Shown: positions 8,401-15,812, counted from the first letter of the stretch. The stretch is 22,368 bases of DNA from Promethearchaeota archaeon (GCA_027031765.1 JALVPN010000208.1:1714-24081), one strand, 5' to 3'. The notes: generated by a model from the sequence alone, not told the origin. Numbers and translations are program-made.

Positions 8401-8803
8401 GGTCACAGAGGAGGACTTCTCTATCGACGCGGTCGTGCGGAGGACACTCGCACCGTCAATGGGTGCTGCAGTGATGTTCCTTGGTGTCGTGCGGGACCGC
8501 ACCGATGGGCGTCCTGTCGACCGCCTTGAGTTCGAGTCTGATGACGAGTCCGCAGTGTCCGAGCTCCAGGCCATCAGGCAGGAGGCCATCGAGAGGTTCG
8601 GGGTCACTGAGGTGTCTATAGTCCACCGGAAGGGCCGGCTGGAGGTGGGCGAGGACATCGTACTCATAGTGGTCGGTGCGCCCCACAGGGACGCAGCCTT
8701 CGCAGGGTGCAGGTATGTCATTGAAGAACTGAAGAAGCGGGCCCTGATCTGGAAGAAGGAGTTCATTGATGGCGTGGGCCACTGGGTCGGTGGTGTGTCA
8801 TGA
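8393..8803 (+). CDS. moaE: Molybdopterin synthase catalytic subunit
   Basis: GAAVMFLGVVRD, HRKGRLEVGEDIVLIVVGAPHRDAAF, ELKKRALIWKKE. Confidence 0.93.
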   Translation: MIEVTEEDFSIDAVVRRTLAPSMGAAVMFLGVVRDRTDGRPVDRLEFESDDESAVSELQAIRQEAIERFGVTEVSIVHRKGRLEVGEDIVLIVVGAPHRDAAFAGCRYVIEELKKRALIWKKEFIDGVGHWVGGVS

Positions 8804-9246
8804 AGGAGGACGACCCGCTGCACATGGTGGACATCTCCGACAAGACACCCTCAGCGCGCGAGGCCGAGGCTGTCGGGACGATTGTGCTCCGGCCTGAGAC
8901 CGTCAGTGCAGTGCGTGACGGCACTATCAAGAAAGGCGACGTACTGACAGTGGCCGAAGTCGCGGCTATTCAGGCGGCAAAGCACACACCGGACATAGTG
9001 CCGTTGTGCCACCAGGTCCCACTCACATCCGTGCAGGTCTCGTTCTCGCTGGAGGTTGACGGGGTGGTAGTGAGGTGTACTGTGCGGGCGCACTACTCCA
9101 CAGGCGTGGAGATGGAGGCCCTGACAGCCGTGTCCGTTGCCCTGTTGACCATCTGGGACATGGTGAAGTACCTTGAGAAGGACAGCAGTGGCCAGTACCC
9201 CACTGCAAGGATCACAGATGTCCGTGTCGTCAGGAAGGAGAAGTGA
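8800..9246 (+). CDS. moaC: Cyclic pyranopterin monophosphate synthase
   Basis: HMVDISDK, KKGDVL, AAKHTPDIVPLCHQVPL, TGVEMEALTAVSVALLTIWDMVK. Confidence 0.95.
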   Translation: MKEDDPLHMVDISDKTPSAREAEAVGTIVLRPETVSAVRDGTIKKGDVLTVAEVAAIQAAKHTPDIVPLCHQVPLTSVQVSFSLEVDGVVVRCTVRAHYSTGVEMEALTAVSVALLTIWDMVKYLEKDSSGQYPTARITDVRVVRKEK

Positions 9247-9758
9247 CCGCAGTGACACACACAGAGCACAGACGTGACCAGAAGGTATCAGCAGGCTTTG
9301 GTATCCTGACAGTGAGCGACAGCCGCACCCTCGAGACCGACGAGTCCGGGGAGCTCGCCGCCAGGCTTGTGGTCGAGAGTGGCCACAGGGTCGTACAGCA
9401 CCTGCTCGTGAAGAACCGGCGTGCGGACATCCTCCATGCACTGACATCTATGCTCTCGGACCCCGGAGTCCAGGTCGTCGTCACAATTGGTGGCACTGGT
9501 GTTGGTGAACGGGACGTGACCGTTGACACCGTGACGCCGCTCTTCGACAAGGAACTCCCCGGCTTTGGCGAGCTGTTCCGCCGCCTCAGCATGGAGGAGA
9601 TTGGTATGCCTGCAGTCTACAGCCGTGCAACGGCGGGCCTCATCGGCCGCGTGGTCGTCTACTGTCTGCCAGGCTCTAAGAATGCGGTTGCCACTGGTGT
9701 GGGCCGCATAGTGCTCGACGGCCTCGGACACCTGCTGTGGGAGGTGAACAGGCGGTGA
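9243..9758 (+). CDS. moaB: Molybdopterin adenylyltransferase, MoaB/MogA family
   Basis: ILTVSDSRT...DESG, TIGGTGVGERDVT, KELPGFGELFRRLS, SRATAG, LPGSKNAV. GTG start overlaps the moaC stop. Confidence 0.92.
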   Translation: MTAVTHTEHRRDQKVSAGFGILTVSDSRTLETDESGELAARLVVESGHRVVQHLLVKNRRADILHALTSMLSDPGVQVVVTIGGTGVGERDVTVDTVTPLFDKELPGFGELFRRLSMEEIGMPAVYSRATAGLIGRVVVYCLPGSKNAVATGVGRIVLDGLGHLLWEVNRR

Positions 9759-10975
9759 GCCCCATGGAACCCTTCAGGCTCCTCGTGTCCTTCGAGGAGG
9801 CGCTCGAAACACTCATGCGTCACTGCCGGCCTGTGGACGGGAGCGAGTCCGTAGACATAAGCAGTGCGTGTGGCCGCGTGGTGAGCACCGACGTGGTCGC
9901 ACAGCAGGACGTACCACCCTTTGACAGGGCCGCAATGGACGGCTACGCAGTGGTGGCGTCGGACACGTTCCCGGCCACGCAGCAACCGGTCGTGCTTGAG
10001 GTCACAGGGAGGCTCCATGCTGGAGAGGCCCCCTCGACCGAGGTGACACCGGGCACATGCGTCCAGGTCGCGACCGGGGCGCCGCTACCGCCCGGGGCCG
10101 ACGCTGTGGTAATGGTGGAGTTCACCGAGGAACAGGACGGCAAGGTGTCTGTCACACGTCCCGTCTACCCGGGGGCCAACGTATCGCGTGCGGGCGAGGA
10201 CATCGACAGGGGTCAGGTAGTGCTCAGGAGCGGCACGTATCTGACACCCGCACGCGTAGGCGTCCTTGCAGCCCTTGGAATGACATCTGTGACGGTCTTC
10301 AGGCGGCCAGAGGTCGCGGTAGTCCCTACTGGTCGTGAGGTGGTACCACCCGGCCGACCACTGCGTCCGGGCCAAGTCTTTGATGTGAACTCCTTCACCC
10401 TTGAGGCGGTTCTGCGTTCCAACGGTGCTGTGGTGCGCCGGCTACCGGTGGTCACCGACGAGTACGGGGCGCTCCGCTCTGCAGTCGAGTCGGCGGCACA
10501 GAGCTGCGATATGGTCGTCCTCTCCGGTGGCAGCTCGGTCGGCGAGAAGGACCTGCTCGTTGGCGTCATAGAGGAGCTCGGTACTGTACATTTCCACGGT
10601 GTCCAGGTCAAGCCCGGCAAGCCGACCCTGTTCGGCACTGTTGGCGACACGCCTGTGCTCGGCATGCCCGGCTATCCGACATCCTGCTTGAGCAATGCCT
10701 ACATGTTCCTCCTACCTGCGGTCCGCAAGATGGCTCGTCTGCCACCCAGACATGAGCACCGCATCGTGGTGCCCCTGGCAAAACGGTACGTGTCGTCCTC
10801 CGGTAGAAAGCAGTTCCTCACGGTCCGGGTCAGTGACGGGCATGCATACCCGGCCTACAAGCACTCTGGGGCCATCACCAGCATGTCAGACGCCGATGGG
10901 TATGTGGTACTCCCGGTCAACCTCGATGTGATAGAGGAGGGCGAGGAGGTCGAGGTGGTCATGTTCGACCAGTAG
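9755..10975 (+). CDS. moeA: Molybdopterin molybdenumtransferase
   Basis: DVPPFDRAAMDGYAV, ATGAPLPPGADAVVMVE, TGREV, DVNSFTL, SGGSSVGEKD, VKPGKPT, MPGYPTS. Start is GTG 9755 (overlapping the moaB stop) or ATG 9764. Confidence 0.95.
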   Translation: MSPMEPFRLLVSFEEALETLMRHCRPVDGSESVDISSACGRVVSTDVVAQQDVPPFDRAAMDGYAVVASDTFPATQQPVVLEVTGRLHAGEAPSTEVTPGTCVQVATGAPLPPGADAVVMVEFTEEQDGKVSVTRPVYPGANVSRAGEDIDRGQVVLRSGTYLTPARVGVLAALGMTSVTVFRRPEVAVVPTGREVVPPGRPLRPGQVFDVNSFTLEAVLRSNGAVVRRLPVVTDEYGALRSAVESAAQSCDMVVLSGGSSVGEKDLLVGVIEELGTVHFHGVQVKPGKPTLFGTVGDTPVLGMPGYPTSCLSNAYMFLLPAVRKMARLPPRHEHRIVVPLAKRYVSSSGRKQFLTVRVSDGHAYPAYKHSGAITSMSDADGYVVLPVNLDVIEEGEEVEVVMFDQ

Positions 10976-11088
10976 GCACCGGGCCACCGCTCGCAGATCA
11001 CAGGCACACGGCGTTAGGGCTCCCACGCCTTTCTGAGCCTGGCCGGCCGGTGGCAAGAGATATTACGGTGTGCTGCAAGTTGAGGGAC

Positions 11089-11319
11089 ATGCGACGCCGG
11101 TTCACTATCAGGCTATCCGAGGACTACCGCAGTCGGTTCCTCCGGACGAACCAGCGCTACCGGCTCGGTTATACGTCTTTCACGCAGTTTGTAAGGGACT
11201 GTCTGCGCAGGCGTTTCGAGGAGCTCGACCGGGAACATGGGAGACCACTCGGCGACGATGACGGCGCGCACAGGGTAGCACCGGGTGTGAGGCCACACCG
11301 GTCCCCATCCCCCCACTGA
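11089..11319 (+). CDS. Small ribbon-helix-helix (CopG/NikR-N-like) DNA-binding protein
   Basis: MRRRFTIRLSEDYRSRF...GYTSFTQFVRDCLRRRFEEL fits a beta-strand-helix-helix pattern with the typical Y-x-S-x-x-x-FVR motif. RBS GAGGGA precedes ATG 11089. Confidence 0.6.
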   Translation: MRRRFTIRLSEDYRSRFLRTNQRYRLGYTSFTQFVRDCLRRRFEELDREHGRPLGDDDGAHRVAPGVRPHRSPSPH

Positions 11320-11325
11320 CTTGGG

Positions 11326-11350
11326 AGTATCAACGGATAACTGCTATAAG
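11326..11350 (+). promoter_or_regulatory. Putative promoter copy 1: AGTATCAAC-N9-CTATAAG
   Basis: 20/25 identical to 13114-13138 with the same spacing; contains a TATA-like CTATAAG. Confidence 0.65.
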
Positions 11351-11577
11351 TCCGGCCTGCAACTGGTGTGATTGCCGCAGAGTCATGTGTGGACGGGGCG
11401 CCAGACCGTGTTAGTCACTGGACCGCAGGCGCCTACTAGTCGCACGGGTCAGGACGCACAGCGGTCAGACGGGACCCCGTGCCCCTGGAGTCCCTGTCCA
11501 TACTTACAGAAGACACGTCGGTGCAGCAGACCAGAGGAATAACATTCATGCGGCCCTTGAGCTGGAGGCAATAGCGA

Positions 11578-12939
11578 ATGGACTTTCACTTGGCAATGGA
11601 GCTCGGTGCTCTGATGAGCGCGGCTGTGAACGCGGTCGCCTTTGGGGTCTACGTCCACAGGGTATACCCTGCGCGGCATGACCTCACCCCAGAAGTGTAC
11701 AGGGCACTTGTAGGCCTTGGCATGGGCGGAGCGATGTTCGCGGTCGTGGGCTTCTTCTCTATGGTGTACCCCTCTCTGAACATCCTGTTCACAGCGTGCT
11801 TGTATGCACTGCTCCTGTACGGTACTACTCACCTCGTAGTGACACGCCCGGGCCGCAGGAGGGCCGTGCTGGTAGTGCTCTTCTTATTGCTCTTGGGAGT
11901 CGTCGCTGATATGGTCCTCTCCAGACTTGTCGGGGGCATCCCACACATCGGCCTGGCAGTCAGTATGCCGGTGCTGGTGCTGGGCTGCATCATAGGTAGC
12001 GCGTACCTACAATACAGGTCGCCCTCGACAGTCAGCGTGGGCCTCGTTGTCCTGACCCTCTCATCAATAGTGGCATGGCTCCTCTCACGGACCGGCGTCT
12101 TGACCGCCCACCCGGAGTACTTCGTGTTCCCCATCATACCAGGACTTGTGGCCGCGAGTATGATGTTCACAGTGATGCGTTCGTGGCGCAGCGCTGTTTC
12201 TGCATTCGTCGTCCTGCTGGCCCTGGTGAACTCCATCGCCCTGTCTGTCCCTGCACTGCTGGCGGGCGACACTGAAATCCTCATCTACTCTGTGCTCACG
12301 CTCTTCGTATCACTGTCTATTTCCGTCCCCTTCGACTACTTTGTTGACCAGGCCATCACGACACACACCATGACGCCTGCGTACATCTCTGCCACACTCG
12401 TCAGTGTTGCACTGCTGATTATCTTCAACGCCAACTTCTATGCCGTCTTCAAGGAAGCACACTACTTGGACCCGTGGTTGATGTGGGTCGAGTTGGTCTT
12501 CGGCCTGGCTGCAATCACGTCGTTCATCCTCGCCCCAATGGCGCTGGCCTTCTCGTCAAATGCCAACCGTGCAACGCTGGACGTCATGCTGGCCTTCGAC
12601 GCGGTCGCTGCCACGGCCATCGTCCCGCCTGTGAGGTACGTGACCATAGAGGGTGTGCTGTACAACAGGTTCTTACTGGACGACCTCTTTGTGTACCTTG
12701 GCATACCCATCGCGTTCGGGGTCATCGCCTTCCTCTACGTGATCCACAGGCTCCTGAAGGTCGGTGCCCGGGCAGTGGCACTGCGGTTCATGATATTCAT
12801 GTCCGCCTCGGTCAGCATCGGCGTGGTAGCCATGTTCTCAGACACAATGGCCATTGAGACAATCTCCGTCCTGATGGTGGCCGCCGGTATGCTCCTGCTC
12901 TCTTCGAGCCCGAGGCTCATGTTCAAACGGTACCGGTGA
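11578..12939 (+). CDS. Uncharacterised multipass membrane protein (about 15 TM), paralog A
   Basis: 453 aa, hydrophobic throughout, RBS GGAGG upstream. Collinear with 13870-15249 (MDF, YRAL, YALLL, HPEYF, P-DYF--QA, RFM-FM, VAMF-D, SP). Confidence 0.85.
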   Translation: MDFHLAMELGALMSAAVNAVAFGVYVHRVYPARHDLTPEVYRALVGLGMGGAMFAVVGFFSMVYPSLNILFTACLYALLLYGTTHLVVTRPGRRRAVLVVLFLLLLGVVADMVLSRLVGGIPHIGLAVSMPVLVLGCIIGSAYLQYRSPSTVSVGLVVLTLSSIVAWLLSRTGVLTAHPEYFVFPIIPGLVAASMMFTVMRSWRSAVSAFVVLLALVNSIALSVPALLAGDTEILIYSVLTLFVSLSISVPFDYFVDQAITTHTMTPAYISATLVSVALLIIFNANFYAVFKEAHYLDPWLMWVELVFGLAAITSFILAPMALAFSSNANRATLDVMLAFDAVAATAIVPPVRYVTIEGVLYNRFLLDDLFVYLGIPIAFGVIAFLYVIHRLLKVGARAVALRFMIFMSASVSIGVVAMFSDTMAIETISVLMVAAGMLLLSSSPRLMFKRYR

Positions 12940-12968
12940 CCTGACAGCATGCGGTGTCTGGGAGACCC

Positions 12969-13040
12969 CGCCCATGTGATGTGTCGTGTTTCAAGTGCCA
13001 TCGTGGCCCCCCTGTTGATAGGCCCCACATCGAGTGGGCG
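12969..13040 (+). terminator. Putative 3' stem-loop after paralog A
   Basis: CGCCCATGTGATGTG (12969-12983) pairs with CACATCGAGTGGGCG (13026-13040): 12 Watson-Crick pairs, 2 G-U, 1 mismatch. There is no U-tract. Confidence 0.35.
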
Positions 13041-13113
13041 AGTCGGGACCTGGTACGTGTCAGCTCGTCCGAAGAGACCCCCATGGCCTGTGACTGCCGT
13101 GTCTTCCCCGTAT

Positions 13114-13138
13114 AGTATCAACAAAGAACGCCTATAAG
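13114..13138 (+). promoter_or_regulatory. Putative promoter copy 2: AGTATCAAC-N9-CTATAAG
   Basis: Matches 11326-11350; ends 53 nt upstream of ATG 13192. Confidence 0.7.
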
Positions 13139-13191
13139 GGTGACATGCAGCTCCTTTTCAAAGTGGACAAGGATATTAGGATGTCTTTGAT

Positions 13192-13470
13192 ATGAATCTC
13201 GTATTCTCCTGTCCTAAGTGTTCCGCCGCCGGAGAAGTCCGCTTCTCCGACGAGGACATTGAGCAGATACGAAAGGCAATACTGGAGAACGGCCGCTCGC
13301 CAACTGTGATCTCAAGGTGTGAGAATGGCCATGAGGTGATAATCACGCTGTATCTCAGGGACGACAAGCTCGGCATCCGCGACATAGCAACCCCACTCGA
13401 CACGGGCACTCAGGGCGAGGAGAAAAAGATGGGAGAACTAGACTGGCTCAGGAAGGCCTTTGGAGGTTGA
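13192..13470 (+). CDS. Small Zn-ribbon-like protein with a C-terminal amphipathic helix
   Basis: CPKC...CENGH metal-ligand set and C-terminal ELDWLRKAFGG. An in-frame stop upstream (13177) fixes the start. Confidence 0.75.
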   Translation: MNLVFSCPKCSAAGEVRFSDEDIEQIRKAILENGRSPTVISRCENGHEVIITLYLRDDKLGIRDIATPLDTGTQGEEKKMGELDWLRKAFGG

Positions 13471-13474
13471 AGTT

Positions 13475-13852
13475 GTGGTAGTCCGCCTGATTGCACGGGT
13501 GAACCTTGAGGACATGAAGTCCACCGTACTGTTCCCCCCTGACGGTGGTGACGAGGGCCGCATTGCACTGCTGACCGGCATTGTGCAGCTTATCTCGGCT
13601 GCACTTGAAAGTGCTGGCGGCCCGCATGGCTCTGGCTCGGGGACTCGGTTCATGAAGTCTGAACGTGGTGTCATCGCATACCAGATTGTCGAGCCGTTCC
13701 TGTTCATCGCAGAGGGGGACACCGAGAACGAGACCAGCGATGCGATTCAGGCGGTAATCAAGGACCCAGAGATCTCAGGCAAGCAGCTTGTAGAGCGTTT
13801 CTCCGATGAGGTCGAGCGGCGGGCACGCGAGATTGGAGACCTCTGGCGCTAG
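13475..13852 (+). CDS. Longin-like domain protein (putative)
   Basis: RBS GGAGGT precedes GTG 13475. By eye the pattern is beta-beta-alpha-beta-beta-beta-alpha-alpha: VRLIARVNL / STVLFP / RIALLTGIVQLISAAL / TRFMKS / GVIAYQIV / FLFIAEG / two helices. Confidence 0.6.
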   Translation: MVVRLIARVNLEDMKSTVLFPPDGGDEGRIALLTGIVQLISAALESAGGPHGSGSGTRFMKSERGVIAYQIVEPFLFIAEGDTENETSDAIQAVIKDPEISGKQLVERFSDEVERRAREIGDLWR

Positions 13853-13869
13853 GGGGTGGTTTCTAGGGT

Positions 13870-15249
13870 ATGGACTTCTCTCTTACTCTGATAACTGCTG
13901 TATACCTGGCTGCTGCAATCACAGTGGTGGCCGCGGCGACGTATGGACGACGCCTGTGGCAGATCCGGGACGCTCTGTCCACACCGACCTACCGCGCACT
14001 AGCATGGTTTGGTATGGCCGGTCTGGCATTGGTCTTCACGGCCGTCGTAGGCGTGCTCATGCCATCCCTTGACTTCGTGGCGTACGGGCTCGTCTATGCA
14101 CTGCTCCTGGTCGCGTCACTGAACCTGGTCATCACAGACACCAGACGCCTGAAATGGGCGGTCGGCGCAGTGCACACGGTACTGGTCGTCCTAGGAGTGT
14201 CGTGGCTACTCTCACCACTGCATGACCTGCTGGTGCTCCAGATGCTGTCACTGACCGGTCTCTTTGTTGCCTGCGTCGTGGTCGGCATCGTGTTCCTCAG
14301 GGCAAGTCCCTCAATGGTCAGTGTTTCCAACCTTGCAGTGGCCATTGTGACCCTCATCTCGTGGGTGTACGTACGTTCCGGTCTACGTGATATGCACCCG
14401 GAGTACTTCCTGCTACTGGTCTTGCCCGTCAGTATGGTGGCCTCTATGATGTTCTCCATCCGGAGGCCGTGGCGCCGGACGATCACCTACTTCATCGTGA
14501 TCACGATGACGTTGAACGGCATTGCCCTGCTGGTACCGGCCGCCTCGGACGGACAGACCGAGATAGCGACCTACGCCGCCCTGTCCATGGTCGTAGGGCT
14601 CACTATGGGCCTGCCGCTCGACTACTTCATATATCAGGCCGTGTCAACGAGGGCCCGCACTCCAATCTACATCTCGATGACGCTCGCAGGCACTGCAATG
14701 CTAGTGATGACCCACTGTGTGAACTACGCGATTGCCCACAGTCACATCGGCTACTGGGACTCGTGGATAATGTTCGTGGACTGGGTTCTCGGACTCTTTG
14801 CAGTGTTGTCGTTCATTGTGGCTGGTGTGGCAGCGAGCTTTTCACCGTCAGTCCGCAACGCAGCCCGCGAGGTCATGATTGTGGTCGGGTTCGTGATGGC
14901 CACTCTGGGACTGCCATCCCTGCGGTTCCAGGAACACAAGGGCACCATGTACGAGGTCTGGAACCTCAACTCGCTGTACCCTGTCATGCTTGTCCTGATT
15001 GGTATTGGCTTCTTGGTGTTCTTCAGAGTGATGTACCAGCTCTGGAAACAGGGCGCTTTGGGTGTCGCGGCGCGGTTCATGGCGTTCATGGTCGGCTCGC
15101 TGAGTCTTGGCCTCGTGGCAATGTTCGCTGATGTCTTCGGGATTGAAGTACTGACCATACTCGTGGTGGGTGCGTGCGTCCTGCTCTTCGTGGTCAGTCC
15201 ACACTCTCTTGACATCTTCAGGAGGTCACACGGTGAGCATGCCGCGTAG
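13870..15249 (+). CDS. Uncharacterised multipass membrane protein (about 15 TM), paralog B
   Basis: 459 aa, hydrophobic, collinear homology with 11578-12939. Confidence 0.85.
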   Translation: MDFSLTLITAVYLAAAITVVAAATYGRRLWQIRDALSTPTYRALAWFGMAGLALVFTAVVGVLMPSLDFVAYGLVYALLLVASLNLVITDTRRLKWAVGAVHTVLVVLGVSWLLSPLHDLLVLQMLSLTGLFVACVVVGIVFLRASPSMVSVSNLAVAIVTLISWVYVRSGLRDMHPEYFLLLVLPVSMVASMMFSIRRPWRRTITYFIVITMTLNGIALLVPAASDGQTEIATYAALSMVVGLTMGLPLDYFIYQAVSTRARTPIYISMTLAGTAMLVMTHCVNYAIAHSHIGYWDSWIMFVDWVLGLFAVLSFIVAGVAASFSPSVRNAAREVMIVVGFVMATLGLPSLRFQEHKGTMYEVWNLNSLYPVMLVLIGIGFLVFFRVMYQLWKQGALGVAARFMAFMVGSLSLGLVAMFADVFGIEVLTILVVGACVLLFVVSPHSLDIFRRSHGEHAA

Positions 15250-15269
15250 CAGTGAGGAGGTGTGATACA

Positions 15270-15812
15270 TTGGCAGTAATCAAGGTGGTGGTACTCGGGG
15301 ACACAGAGGTCGGCAAGACGTCGTTCACTGTCCGCTGGACGCAGGGCACCTTTCCGAACCCAGCCCTGCTGAGGACAACGGTGGGCGCCAGTTTTGACAC
15401 AAAAAAGGTCACCCTGCCAAGTGGACGTGAGGTCACCCTCTCCGTCTGGGACTTTGGGGGCCAGCGACGTTTCAGTGAGGCCCTCAAGCACATGATACGG
15501 GGCGCAAAGGCGGGCCTCTTCTTTTTTGACGTCTCACACCTCCCAAGTCTAGACAGCCTGTACAGCTACTGGGTACCTGCAGCCGAGGAGTTCGGCAACT
15601 TCTCTTTCGAGGACGGCGATGGGACAAGGTTCATCCTTGTGGGCAACAAGATTGACCTCTTGGGGAGCGACTTCTCTGCCGTGGAGGCCGAGATGCGCAG
15701 GTTCAGCGAGCGGTTCGGCACCGAGCACGTCCTGATCTCCGCCAAGACCGGCGTCGGCATTGAGGCCTTGGACTTCAAGTTCAAGGAGCTCCTAGACAGG
15801 GTCCTGGAGTAG
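15270..15812 (+). CDS. Rab-like small GTPase (Ras superfamily)
   Basis: G1 GDTEVGKT, G2 TTVGASF, G3 WDFGGQ, G4 NKID, G5 SAKT. TTG 15270 follows the RBS GAGGAGGTG. There is no C-terminal Cys. Confidence 0.93.
   Translation: MAVIKVVVLGDTEVGKTSFTVRWTQGTFPNPALLRTTVGASFDTKKVTLPSGREVTLSVWDFGGQRRFSEALKHMIRGAKAGLFFFDVSHLPSLDSLYSYWVPAAEEFGNFSFEDGDGTRFILVGNKIDLLGSDFSAVEAEMRRFSERFGTEHVLISAKTGVGIEALDFKFKELLDRVLE

Noticed and set aside
14469-15491. 220-aa plus-strand and 246-aa minus-strand ORFs overlapping paralog B and the GTPase
   Set aside because: They are alternative-frame products of well-supported genes, with no motifs and no RBS support.
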